From Candidatus Polarisedimenticolia bacterium (GTDB taxonomy: Bacteria > Acidobacteriota > Polarisedimenticolia > Gp22-AA2), in assembly GCA_036001465.1 (NCBI GenBank), contig DASYUH010000014.1:40871-104870 (forward strand): a stretch of 64,000 nucleotides of DNA. Direction: 5' to 3'. Of the stretch, positions 35,831 to 44,912 are shown piece by piece. The notes beneath the pieces are model-generated. The model saw only the letters and a list, made by a program, of their open reading frames with translations. It ran no database searches and was not told the DNA's origin. The position numbers and the translations under genes were made by a program. Each line of letters starts with the position of its first letter. The stretch's first letter is position 1.

Positions 35831-37192
35831 GTGAGCCCGGCCCCGGCGGGGCGCTACGTCGCCCTGTACGACGGCGACTGCGGGTTCTGCACCCGCTGGC
35901 GCGATCGGATGGTCGCCCGGGATTCCGGAGGCATCATCGAGTGGCTGTCGGTGCACGAGCCCGCGGTCGCCGCCCGCTTTCCCGGGCTCGATCGCGAGGA
36001 CGCCCTCAGGCAGATGTACGTCGTGGCGCCGGACGGATCGCTGCACAAGGGGGCGGAGGGCTGGCGGGAGCTCTTCCGCGTCCTGGACGGCCTTTCGTGG
36101 GTGGCGGCCCTGTACCGGATCCCCGGCGTGCCGTTCGTGATGGACCGAGCCTACCGCTTCATCGCCGCGCGGCGCTATCGCCTGTCCTGCACAGGCGCCG
36201 CCTGCCGGCGTCCGGGGGGACAAGGCGTCGGCGGCCGCGCCGGTGGGGCTGGCGGGCGGCCGGGCGGCGGAGGGAGCCGGGCCGCATCCGCCCTCGTCCC
36301 GCTCCTGGGCATTCTCGGCGCGTCGATGCTCTCGGGGTGCGGAGAGAGGGAGCCGGATCCCGTGAGGTCGCGCCTGCAGGCGATCGCCGATCCGGAGGGG
36401 GGCGCGGTCGTCGCCGCGATGCTCGAGGCGTACGGCCCCTACGGGACGTGGAGGGGGCACCACAACGTCGAGTACACCTACCGCCTGCGGTTGCGTGGCG
36501 GCGGGGAGGACGCTCAGATCGAGTCGCTCCAGATGCACCGGCTCGATCTGGGCCCCGGGGCCCGCTCGTTCGCGCAGGATCTCCATGGAGAGGCGCCGCA
36601 GATTGTGCGGGTCGCTGGCGACCGGCTGGATGTCTCGCGCGCCGGGGTCCCCGTGACCGACCCGGCCCAGCTGGAGTTTCCGCGGGCCTTCATCCGGATC
36701 GCCCGCTGGTCGTTCCTGCTCCCCTGGAGCCTGCTCGACCAGGCATCGAGCCTGGAGTACCGGGGCGAGCGCACCCCGCCGACCGCCAGCCGCGTGCCGT
36801 CCGACGCCTGCGACGTCGTGCGCCAGACCTTCGATCCGAAGGACGCCGTGCGCCGGAACGACTGGAACGACTTCTACATCAGCCGCGTGAACCACTTGAT
36901 CGATCGCGTCCACTCCTACCGCGCCGAGGACAAGTCCTACCGGGTCGTGCTGTGGTCGGACCATCGCACGGCCGGCGGCGTGCGGGTGGCCACGCGCCGC
37001 GAGACGCACCTCTCCGACGTGTCCGGGGAACTCGGGCCGATCGAGGCGGTGGTCGAGTACTCGGATGTGCGCTTCGACGCCCCGTTCGGCGATGAGATCT
37101 GGAGCGACATGCCCGAGGCCTCGCCGACCCCGGAGGCGGTGCTGCCCACGGCGGCGGGGCGACTCGAGGCGCCTCCTCCGCCCGAGCGCTGA
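35831..37192 (+). CDS. DCC-family thiol-disulfide oxidoreductase (DUF393) fused via a Gly-rich linker to a lipoprotein-like C-terminal domain (or two unresolved genes)
   Basis: N-terminus YDGDCGFC (DUF393/DCC motif); after ~150 aa a poly-Gly linker then LVPLLGILGASMLSGC lipobox-like segment and ~290 more residues, no in-frame stop between. Confidence 0.5.
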   Translation: MSPAPAGRYVALYDGDCGFCTRWRDRMVARDSGGIIEWLSVHEPAVAARFPGLDREDALRQMYVVAPDGSLHKGAEGWRELFRVLDGLSWVAALYRIPGVPFVMDRAYRFIAARRYRLSCTGAACRRPGGQGVGGRAGGAGGRPGGGGSRAASALVPLLGILGASMLSGCGEREPDPVRSRLQAIADPEGGAVVAAMLEAYGPYGTWRGHHNVEYTYRLRLRGGGEDAQIESLQMHRLDLGPGARSFAQDLHGEAPQIVRVAGDRLDVSRAGVPVTDPAQLEFPRAFIRIARWSFLLPWSLLDQASSLEYRGERTPPTASRVPSDACDVVRQTFDPKDAVRRNDWNDFYISRVNHLIDRVHSYRAEDKSYRVVLWSDHRTAGGVRVATRRETHLSDVSGELGPIEAVVEYSDVRFDAPFGDEIWSDMPEASPTPEAVLPTAAGRLEAPPPPER

Positions 37193-37212
37193 GACATCCT
37201 CGACATCGAGTT

Positions 37213-37334
37213 GCGGGCCAGGGCGGGCTGCGGGGGCGTGGCTCATGCTCGCTCGCGAAGGACGTTCTGAGCCCATCCACAACGCGTGGCGCGGCTCGAA
37301 ATCGCCACGCCCCCGCAGCCCGCCCTGGCCCGCG
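37213..37334. repeat. Long perfect inverted repeat element 1 (30-bp arms GCGGGCCAGGGCGGGCTGCGGGGGCGTGGC / reverse complement, 62-nt spacer)
   Basis: Arms at 37213-37242 and 37305-37334 are exact reverse complements (verified base by base). Confidence 0.8.
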
Positions 37335-37484
37335 ACGCACCGCCGGGAATTTCTCGGCGCTCGGTGCCCGGAGGCTCATCGCGTCGCCCCGCCGCGTCTA
37401 CGTTCTCGCCGGTGGAGATCGCGAATTTGTTTGGGCAACAGGACAGTCCACCGGCGGAGTCGCAGAAAGAGGTCTGCCTGGCCG

Positions 37485-37601
37485 CAGGTGGCGGGGGGCA
37501 GCGCGTCGCGGCTCATGGCTCGCCGCGGGCTCCCTGGCTGCCCTGCTGATCAGGATGCCCGCGTCTCGAAATCGCCGCGCCGCGCTGCCCCCCGCCACCT
37601 G
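37485..37601. repeat. Long perfect inverted repeat element 2 (21-bp arms CAGGTGGCGGGGGGCAGCGCG / reverse complement, 75-nt spacer), related to element 1
   Basis: Arms at 37485-37505 and 37581-37601 are exact reverse complements. The loop shares motifs with element 1: GGCTCATG(G)CTCGC and CG(G/T)CTCGAAATCGCC. Confidence 0.8.
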
Positions 37602-37956
37602 TGCATGGGGATCGGTCTTGTCGCCGCCACCGGGGAGGAGTATGTTGCCGGTACACGAGAAAGGAGGTGGTCCAGAAGATGAGTTATCACAGTACGAGCG
37701 AGGTGAATTACCGGACCCGTGAGGTGGTGGCAACTTAGGCGGACCCACGGTCATCGGGCCGCTCGGTATCTCCGCCTGAGGAATACCGGCCGGCCACCGA
37801 ACCCGGAAGCCCCGGCAATGGTCCAGCCGGGGCGGCGCGCTGCGCCGCAGACGCTTCCGGGTTTTTCTTTGCTCTGATAGACTTCACCTCTCGTCCTGAT
37901 CATCGGTGTTTCAGTCTACGGCACGTCCCGGAACGGGCGGCAGGGAGGCAGGAGTA

Positions 37957-39297
37957 ATGTCCAGCACCTACGAAACCATCGTCAGCCGCTATATCGAGCG
38001 GACGAAGAAGTCCCGCGCACTGCACGACGAGGCGAAGCGCCTCCTGCCGCGCGGGGTCTCCTCCAACTTCCGGGTGGTCGACCCCAACCCGATCTTCATC
38101 GAGTCGGCGGTCGGCACGATCATCACCGACGCCGACGGCAACCGCTACGTCGATTTCGCGAACGCCTTCGGCGCCATGCTGGTGGGCCACGCGCACCCCA
38201 AGGTGGTGCAGGCGATCGAGGCCCAGGCGAAGCGCGGGACCCTGCACGCCATGCCGCACCGGCTGGAAATGTCCGTCGCGAAGGAGCTGAAGGACCGCTT
38301 CCGGCAGGACCAGTGGCGCTATTGCAACTCGGGCACCGAGGCCACCCTGCACGCCATCCGCCTGGCGCGCGGCTACACGGGACGCTCCAAGGTGATCAAG
38401 TTCGAGGGGGCGTACCACGGCGCGCACGACACGGTGCTGGTGTCCGGCAAGCCTCCGCTCCGCCTGGTGGGACACAAGAGCCGGCCGCGACCGATCCCCG
38501 CGAGCGAGGGGATCCCGGCCGAGTCGTACGCCCACACGCTCATCGCGTCCTTCAATGATCTGAAGGGCGTCCGCGCCCTGTTCGAGCAGCACCTGAACGA
38601 GGTGGCGTGCCTCATCGTCGAGCCGATCATGCTGAACATGGGGGTGACCGAGCCGCTGCCGGATTTCCTGCCCGGCCTGCGCGCTCTGTGCAGCGAGTTC
38701 GAGGCCCTCCTGATTTTCGACGAGGTGAAGACCGGCGTGAAGATCGCCCGCGGGGGGGCGACCGAGCACTACAAGGTCCAGCCGGACATCACGGTCCTGG
38801 CCAAGGCCATCGGCGGGGGGATGCCTCTGGCCGCCTTCGGCGCCTCGGCGGAGATCATGGAGGAGCTGAACTCGCTCCGGGTCATCCACGTGGGCACCTA
38901 CGCCAGCAACCCGATCACCCTGGCGGCCGCCGAGGTGACGCTCAAGGAGATCCTCACGGACGAGGCCTACCGCAAGGTCTTCGCCCTGAACAAGCGGCTG
39001 GTGGACGGCTACGGCCAGATCATCCGCGAGCACAACCTGCCGGCCTACTCCAACTTCGTCGGCTCGATGGGGACGATCAACTTCAAGAAGGACGTCATGC
39101 GGAACTACCGCGACTGGTACGTCCTCGACCGGATGGCTTCGCAGGCGTGGTACCTCGCCATGCTGAACGAGGGCGTCATTCCCCAGCCGCCGGGCCCCGA
39201 CGAGCAGTGGACGATCTCGGTGCAGCACACCGAGGCAGACATCGACGCGCACCTGAAGGCGTTCGCCAAGGTGGCGCCGCTCCTCAAGGCGCTCTAG
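37957..39297 (+). CDS. Class-III aminotransferase, glutamate-1-semialdehyde 2,1-aminomutase-like
   Basis: ATG 37957 (RBS GGAGG upstream); HemL-like motifs (GVSSNFR, YVDFANAFGAMLVGHAHP, EGAYHG), PLP lysine region (FDEVKTG). Confidence 0.75.
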   Translation: MSSTYETIVSRYIERTKKSRALHDEAKRLLPRGVSSNFRVVDPNPIFIESAVGTIITDADGNRYVDFANAFGAMLVGHAHPKVVQAIEAQAKRGTLHAMPHRLEMSVAKELKDRFRQDQWRYCNSGTEATLHAIRLARGYTGRSKVIKFEGAYHGAHDTVLVSGKPPLRLVGHKSRPRPIPASEGIPAESYAHTLIASFNDLKGVRALFEQHLNEVACLIVEPIMLNMGVTEPLPDFLPGLRALCSEFEALLIFDEVKTGVKIARGGATEHYKVQPDITVLAKAIGGGMPLAAFGASAEIMEELNSLRVIHVGTYASNPITLAAAEVTLKEILTDEAYRKVFALNKRLVDGYGQIIREHNLPAYSNFVGSMGTINFKKDVMRNYRDWYVLDRMASQAWYLAMLNEGVIPQPPGPDEQWTISVQHTEADIDAHLKAFAKVAPLLKAL

Positions 39298-39309
39298 ATC
39301 TCCCGGGAC

Positions 39310-40485
39310 GTGATCGAACCCTCCGGGCCGTCCGCCGCGCTGGCCTATTTCGAAGCGCAGCGCGACGAGGCGACCGAGCTCCTGAGGCGGCTGGTCGAGA
39401 TCGACTCCCCCACGGCCGACAAGGCGGGCGTCGACCGCGTCGGCGCGCTCGTCGCCGGCGAGCTCCGGGCGGCAGGCGCCCGGGTGACCTCGATCGAGAG
39501 CCCTTCGTCCGGGAATCCGCTGCGGGCCGAGATCGCCCCGGCCGAGGGCCCCGCTTCACCGGACCCGCGCCCCGCCCTTTTGCTCGGCCATCTCGACACG
39601 GTCTGGCCTTCCGGCGAGGCGGCGCGCCGGCCCTTCCGGGTGGAGGGAGCCGACGCCCGTGGCCCCGGCGTCTTCGACATGAAGGCGGGGATCGTCCTGT
39701 GCATCCTCCTGGCGCGCGCCCGGAAGAAGGGGATCTTCCGCCCCCGCCTGCCGGTCGCGTGCTTCTTCAGCAGCGACGAGGAGACCGGCAGCCCCTGGTC
39801 GCGGCCGCACCTCGAGGCGGAGGCGCGCGGCGCGCGCTACGTCCTGGGCCTCGAGCCTTCGAATCCGGACGGCGGGGCGAAGACGGCGCGCAAGGGTGTC
39901 GGGAGGATTGTCCTCGAGGTGGCCGGCCGGCCGGCGCACGCAGGCATCGACCCCGAGAAGGGGGTCAACGCCATCGAGGAGCTGGCGGCCCAGATCCTGG
40001 CGGTCAAGCTTCTCGAGGACCGGGGGGCCGGAACGACGGTGCACGCCGGGCTGGTCAGCGGCGGGGTCGCCAAGAACGTCGTCGCCCCGCAGGCGCGGGC
40101 CGAATTCGACGTGCGCGTGCCGTCGTCCGGCGCGTGGCGCCGCGTCGAGACGGCGGTCATGAACCTGAGGGCGCGGGATGCCCGGGCCCGCCTGCGCGTC
40201 GAGGCGGTGCTGACGCACCCGCCGATGGAGCGGACCGCGAGCGTCGCATCGCTCTACGACCGGGCTCGGGCGATCGCGCTGCAGATCGGGTTCGATCTGA
40301 AAGAGGGGTCGACGGGCGGCGGGAGTGACGGGTCGTACTGCGCGGCGCTCGGTGTCCCCGTCCTCGACGGGCTGGGGGTCGAAGGGGATGGGGCGCACGC
40401 CCTGGATGAACGCGTGCGCCTGGATCGCATCGCGCCGCGGGCGGGCCTCCTGGCGGGAATCCTCGAGACCGTCGATCAGGCCTAG
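39310..40485 (+). CDS. M20-family metallopeptidase (ArgE/DapE/carboxypeptidase G2-like)
   Basis: GTG start at 39310; metal-ligand motifs GHLDTV, DMKAG, and SDEETGS.. typical of M20 family. Confidence 0.7.
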   Translation: MIEPSGPSAALAYFEAQRDEATELLRRLVEIDSPTADKAGVDRVGALVAGELRAAGARVTSIESPSSGNPLRAEIAPAEGPASPDPRPALLLGHLDTVWPSGEAARRPFRVEGADARGPGVFDMKAGIVLCILLARARKKGIFRPRLPVACFFSSDEETGSPWSRPHLEAEARGARYVLGLEPSNPDGGAKTARKGVGRIVLEVAGRPAHAGIDPEKGVNAIEELAAQILAVKLLEDRGAGTTVHAGLVSGGVAKNVVAPQARAEFDVRVPSSGAWRRVETAVMNLRARDARARLRVEAVLTHPPMERTASVASLYDRARAIALQIGFDLKEGSTGGGSDGSYCAALGVPVLDGLGVEGDGAHALDERVRLDRIAPRAGLLAGILETVDQA

Positions 40486-40503
40486 GGCTCGAACGGTCTC
40501 CTG

Positions 40504-41229
40504 CTACGAGCTCAGCGCCTGCCCGGCCAGGACGATCACGACAATCGGCAGGATGACGATGAAGCCGGCCACGATCAGGGCCCCGAACGCCCGCCAGGCC
40601 GAGAAGCCGTGCGCCTCTCCGATGCACTTCAAGGTGATCGCGAAGCCCCACAGGCCGATGACGAGCTGCAACACCTGCAAGAGGCCGTAGAACAGGAGCG
40701 CCTCGGGATTCCCCTGGATCCCCGCCGGGAGCGGATGGAAGGTCTCGCCCCCCAGGAGCGCCGCACGCGGGAGCCAGAGCAGGAGGCTCCAGATGCCGGG
40801 CACGTTCGCCCAGGCGAGGGCGGCCATCACCTCGACGCTCCGGCCGCGTCCCCCCAGCCAGCGCCCGATCGGCGCGATCACCGCGGTGAAAACGAGGACC
40901 CCGAGAATACCCAGGACGCTCCCCGCGCCCAGGGACAGTGCCAGGAGCACCGGGATGGAGTAGGTGTCCCCCATCCCCTCGCGGGTGCACAGCGTGAGAA
41001 ACTCGGCGATGCCTCCGAGAGCGGCCAGGCGAAAGACGCCTCGCCGTGGATCGGTGGCGAGGATCAGGCGAAGCGTCTGGCGCGGCCGCGTCCAGATCGA
41101 CAGCCATGGGGAGGAGGGCTCGCCCGCGCTGGATGCCGCGGGAGAGTAAGAAACGGGAGGGGGCGTGACGACGGGCGGGGGCAGCACGCCCTGCCCGCCA
41201 GGGGACTCCAGGGACGGGCTCTCGCTCAT
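40504..41229 (-). CDS. Yip1-domain membrane protein
   Basis: Internal ATG at 41229 (MSESPSLE...); Pro-rich N-terminus then 5 TM helices, Yip1-like. Confidence 0.55.
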   Translation of the reverse strand: MSESPSLESPGGQGVLPPPVVTPPPVSYSPAASSAGEPSSPWLSIWTRPRQTLRLILATDPRRGVFRLAALGGIAEFLTLCTREGMGDTYSIPVLLALSLGAGSVLGILGVLVFTAVIAPIGRWLGGRGRSVEVMAALAWANVPGIWSLLLWLPRAALLGGETFHPLPAGIQGNPEALLFYGLLQVLQLVIGLWGFAITLKCIGEAHGFSAWRAFGALIVAGFIVILPIVVIVLAGQALSS

Positions 41230-41394
41230 CACACTCTCCCGGCCGGCAGCCCCTCCGCCCGCGCGGCGAAACGGCCCGTGATCAACCGGTCCGGCCGGTC
41301 CACGGGCGGAGGAGCGGACTCCAACACTCGCGATCGTGCGCGGTCGACAGGCCATGGGCCCGTGCCGCGCAGGCAGGCGTGAGGCGGGCGGGTC

Positions 41395-41664
41395 TTACTT
41401 GAGGTGCTTGGCGACGAGCTTGGTCATCTCGAACATGTTGACTTGCTTCTTGCCGCCGAACACCTTCTTGAGCGACTCGTCCGCGTTGATCATCCTGCGA
41501 TTCTTGGCGTCCTGCAGCTTGTGCTTCTTGATGTATTCCCAGAGCTTCTTGGTGACCTGGGTGCGCGGCAGCGCCTTCGATCCGACCACCTCGGCAAGCG
41601 TCGCACTGGGGCTCAAAGGCTTCATGAAGGCGGCGCTCGGTTTCCGACCTTTCTTTGCGGGCAT
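41395..41664 (-). CDS. SWIB/MDM2-domain protein
   Basis: ATG at 41664 preceded by GGAGGA; MPAKKGRKPSAAFMKPLSPS...TQVTKKLWEYIKKHKLQD is a classic SWIB domain; the track's longer version starts at a GTG (41721). Confidence 0.65.
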   Translation of the reverse strand: MPAKKGRKPSAAFMKPLSPSATLAEVVGSKALPRTQVTKKLWEYIKKHKLQDAKNRRMINADESLKKVFGGKKQVNMFEMTKLVAKHLK

Positions 41665-41778
41665 CTGCTCCTCCAGCGATAGTGTTGGAATCGTACCGGA
41701 AAACCGCCGGAACTCTACCACGGACAGGGCCCGGCTGCTCCCGTGAGGTCAAGGGGGCTTTCGGAGGGGCCTCCATGG

Positions 41779-42576
41779 TCACCGACCGCGCTTCTCCCAG
41801 ACGAGGCCGATCGTCTCGTAGCCGTGTCCGGGGTGGCGCGCCTGTTTGTCGGCCGCCGGGATCGGGACCTCGTAGCGCGGGTCGCCGAGAAGCGGAAGGG
41901 CCGTGCCCCGCACCAGCTCCAGGTAGACGCGCTCGTCCGCCTCTTCGGGCGTCATGTCGAGCGTGATCACCAGTCGGCCGCCCGGCGCCAGGACGCGCTC
42001 GAACTCCCGCATGCAGGCGCTCCAGATCCCGCGGGGGATGTGCTCCATCACGCTCAGGCAGAACACCCGGTCGAAGTGCCGATCCGGGAAGGCGAGGCGA
42101 TCGGCAGGATGCGGGTGGTAGCGCACGGACCCGCGGCCGCGCCCTTCCGGCAGGCCCCAGAGGGCGTGGATTCCCGCGGCCCGGAAGATCAACCGCTTCA
42201 GGATCGACCGGGCGTTCCGGACCAGGCTCTTCTCCCGGTCGTAGACGAAGCTCACGCCGCGATCGAGCGACGGGTCGGCGACGTGGCTGTCGTGCCCCTG
42301 CGTGGCGAGGTAGAGCGCGAACGGGCTGCCGCCGCCGCCGACATCGAGGGTCCGCAGCGGCCGCGTGCCGGGATCGGCCGCCAGGACGGCCCAGGGATAT
42401 TCCCAGGCCCGCGACCAGTGGTCGAAGCCGGTCCAGCGCTTGAGGATGCCGCTGCGGCGAAGCAGGGGGCGGAACCAGCGCGGCTGCTGCGACAGGTCGA
42501 GCACCAGCATGTCGCGGTGGATCGCCGTGAAGGCGCCCCCCTGGCAGTCCCGCATGTCGAGCAGCCTGGAGTCCAT
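41779..42576 (-). CDS. Class I SAM-dependent methyltransferase
   Basis: Motif I LDVGGGGSPFALYLA and a downstream acidic loop; 265 aa. Confidence 0.65.
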   Translation of the reverse strand: MDSRLLDMRDCQGGAFTAIHRDMLVLDLSQQPRWFRPLLRRSGILKRWTGFDHWSRAWEYPWAVLAADPGTRPLRTLDVGGGGSPFALYLATQGHDSHVADPSLDRGVSFVYDREKSLVRNARSILKRLIFRAAGIHALWGLPEGRGRGSVRYHPHPADRLAFPDRHFDRVFCLSVMEHIPRGIWSACMREFERVLAPGGRLVITLDMTPEEADERVYLELVRGTALPLLGDPRYEVPIPAADKQARHPGHGYETIGLVWEKRGR

Positions 42577-42614
42577 GAGATCGCCCGCGTCCGGGATTCA
42601 GCGCTTCCGGAGAA

Positions 42615-42863
42615 TCAGGGCCGTTCCCCGTCTTCCGGCTCTCCGGCCAGGTCGAGATGGAATCGGTGCAGGAAGCGGTGCACGGCCGGAGCCAGCAGGA
42701 CCGCGACGATGGTGAGGAACGCCACGCCCGAGAACAGGGCGTAGAACGACGCGAACAGCTTCGCCCCGACGGTCGTCATCTCGTTCACCGGCCCCATCCC
42801 GGTCAGGATCATCGAGGCGTTGACGAGAGCGTCGAGCCACGACAGGCCCGCGAGGGCGTGGTA
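42615..42863 (-). CDS. Small 2-TM membrane protein with pore-loop-like segment (very tentative)
   Basis: The C-terminal ~80 codons of the 42615..44429 ORF (the rest is antisense to ALDH) encode TM - LDALVNASMILTGMGPVNEMTT - TM. The only plausible start is an internal GTG, and no clear RBS is present. Confidence 0.25.
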   Translation of the reverse strand, partial: YHALAGLSWLDALVNASMILTGMGPVNEMTTVGAKLFASFYALFSGVAFLTIVAVLLAPAVHRFLHRFHLDLAGEPEDGERP

Positions 42864-42988
42864 TCCGAGCACGCCCAGCGCGAGGGACCCCGCCACCAGG
42901 CCGCCGGCCGCGGCGGCGCTGTGCGCGAAGCGGCGCAGAAAATGGGCACGCGGAGGGAGAGGGGCGTGGCGGCGCGATGCCAAGCCGG

Positions 42989-44461
42989 CTACTTGTACCA
43001 GCCGATCGGCCGGTCGTCGAGGTTGATGTAGACGTGCTTGACCTCGAGGTACTCGTCGAGGCCGTGGGGTCCCAGCTCGCGGCCGAAGCCGGACTGCTTG
43101 TAGCCGCCCCAGGGGGCCTCGACGGGGGCCGGCTGCATGTGGTTGACCCAGACGATGCCGGCGCGCAGCCTCTTGACGGTGCGCATCGCCTTGAAGATGT
43201 CGCGCGTCCAGACGGCGGCGGCCAGGCCGAACGGGGTGTCGTTGGCGATCCGCCAGGCGTCCTCCTCCTGGTCGAAGGGGATGACCGACATGACCGGCCC
43301 GAAGATCTCCTCGCGGGCGATGCGCGCCCGGTTGTCCACGTCGTAGAAGATCGTCGGCTCGACGAAGAAGCCCCGCTCGTTCTCCTTCGGCAATCCCTTC
43401 GCGCGGCCGCCGCCGATCGCCAGCTTCGCCTCCGTCTTGCCGATCTCGATGTAGGAGAGGACGCGGTCGAACTGGTCCTGGCTCACCAGGGGCCCCATCT
43501 TGGTGTCGGGGGCGAGGCCGGGGCCGATCTTGATTCTCTTCGCCCTCTCGACCATGGCGTCGAGGAGCTTCCTGTAGATCGGCCGCTGCACCAGGACGCG
43601 GCTGCCGGCGGAGCAGACCTCCCCCTGGTTGAGGAACACGCCGAACAGCGCCCCTTCGATCGCCTGCTCGAAGTCGGCGTCGGCGAAGAAAATATTGGGG
43701 GACTTGCCGCCGAGCTCCAGGGAGACGCGCTTCACGGTGGCCGAGGCCTCGCGCATGATCAGGCGGCCCACCTCGCTGCTGCCGGTGAAGGCGATCTTGT
43801 CCACGCCCTCGTGGGTCACCATCGGCATCCCGACGTTCCCGCCCGTGCCGTTCACGACGTTGAACACGCCGCGCGGCACGCCGCACTCCTCGATCCCCTT
43901 CGCGAGCTCCATCACGGACAGGGGCGTCTGGCTGGCCGGCTTCAGGACGCAGGCGCAGCCGGCCGCGAGCGCGGGCGCCACCTTCTGCATCGCCATCATG
44001 AGAGGGTAGTTCCACGGGACGATCTGGCCCGCGACGCCGACCGGCTCCTTGAGGGTCAGCGCCATGGCGTTGTCGGGGACGGTCAGCACGTCCCCGTGGA
44101 TCTTGGTGGCGGCCCCGCCGTAGTACTCGAAGCAGTTGCGCGCGTCCGACACGTCCCCCTGCGCCTCGGCCAGGGGTTTGCCGTTGTTGGTCGTCTCGAT
44201 CTCGGCAAGCCGGTCCGCGTTGTTCCGGATGTACTCGGCGATCCGGAACAGCATGCGGCCCCGTTCGCGGGCCGAGGTCTGCGGCCAGCCGTCCTGATCG
44301 AAGGCGCGCCGCGCCGCCTTCACCGCGCGGTCCACGTCGGCGGGGCCCGAGTCGGGGATCCGGGCGATCACCTCGCGCGTGGCCGGGTTGATCACGTCGA
44401 GCGTCTTGCCGGACGCGGCGTCGACCCACTCGCCGTCGATGTAATTCCTGCAGACCTGCAT
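42989..44461 (-). CDS. NAD(P)-dependent aldehyde dehydrogenase (betaine-aldehyde DH-like)
   Basis: 490 aa; catalytic Cys region NQGEVCSAGSR, Glu motif LELGGKSP, NAD-binding GTGG/GSxxVG. Confidence 0.85.
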   Translation of the reverse strand: MQVCRNYIDGEWVDAASGKTLDVINPATREVIARIPDSGPADVDRAVKAARRAFDQDGWPQTSARERGRMLFRIAEYIRNNADRLAEIETTNNGKPLAEAQGDVSDARNCFEYYGGAATKIHGDVLTVPDNAMALTLKEPVGVAGQIVPWNYPLMMAMQKVAPALAAGCACVLKPASQTPLSVMELAKGIEECGVPRGVFNVVNGTGGNVGMPMVTHEGVDKIAFTGSSEVGRLIMREASATVKRVSLELGGKSPNIFFADADFEQAIEGALFGVFLNQGEVCSAGSRVLVQRPIYRKLLDAMVERAKRIKIGPGLAPDTKMGPLVSQDQFDRVLSYIEIGKTEAKLAIGGGRAKGLPKENERGFFVEPTIFYDVDNRARIAREEIFGPVMSVIPFDQEEDAWRIANDTPFGLAAAVWTRDIFKAMRTVKRLRAGIVWVNHMQPAPVEAPWGGYKQSGFGRELGPHGLDEYLEVKHVYINLDDRPIGWYK

Positions 44462-44516
44462 GCGCGAAGCCTAGCGGGTCGTGGCGGGAAGTGTCAACGT
44501 GCTCCGGGCTTTCCCC

Positions 44517-44553
44517 TTGACATTCGACAGGAAGCGGGTATACTCCTGTCGAA
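44517..44553 (+). promoter_or_regulatory. Promoter (TTGACA-16-TATACT) with overlapping perfect 9-bp inverted repeat TTCGACAGG-N13-CCTGTCGAA (candidate PadR operator)
   Basis: Read directly: ttgaca 44517-22; IR arms 44523-31 and 44545-53; tatact 44539-44. Confidence 0.5.
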
Positions 44554-44578
44554 CGTCTAGGAGAAGCACGGAGACGCG

Positions 44579-44911
44579 ATGCCCGCTCACAAGACGGAAC
44601 TCCTTCAAGGCACGCTCGACATGCTGATTCTCAGGACGCTCGCGAACGGGCCGATGCACGGCTTCGGGGTCTCCGTGCGTCTGCAGCAGGTGTCGCGCGA
44701 CGTCATGCGCGTCAACCAGGGCTCGCTGTATCCGGCCCTGCACCGTCTCGAGCGGCGCGGCTGGATCCAGGCGGAATGGGGCAACTCGGAGAACAACCGG
44801 CGCGCCCGGTTCTACACCCTGACGCGCTCGGGGAGGAAGCGGCTGGACGCCGAGGCGGAGAACTGGGAGAGGCTGGCCGCGGCCGTCAACCGCGTCATGA
44901 GGCCCGCCTGA
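44579..44911 (+). CDS. PadR-family transcriptional regulator (Acidobacterial PadR type)
   Basis: 110 aa; wHTH LQGTLDMLILRTLANGPMHGFGV...GSLYPALHRLERRGWI. Confidence 0.85.
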   Translation: MPAHKTELLQGTLDMLILRTLANGPMHGFGVSVRLQQVSRDVMRVNQGSLYPALHRLERRGWIQAEWGNSENNRRARFYTLTRSGRKRLDAEAENWERLAAAVNRVMRPA

Positions 44912-44912
44912 G

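Noticed and set aside
36229-36300. Gly-rich run in the DCC fusion ORF considered as a possible frameshift site separating two genes
   Set aside because: No stop or start codon supports a split; kept as single ORF with low confidence.
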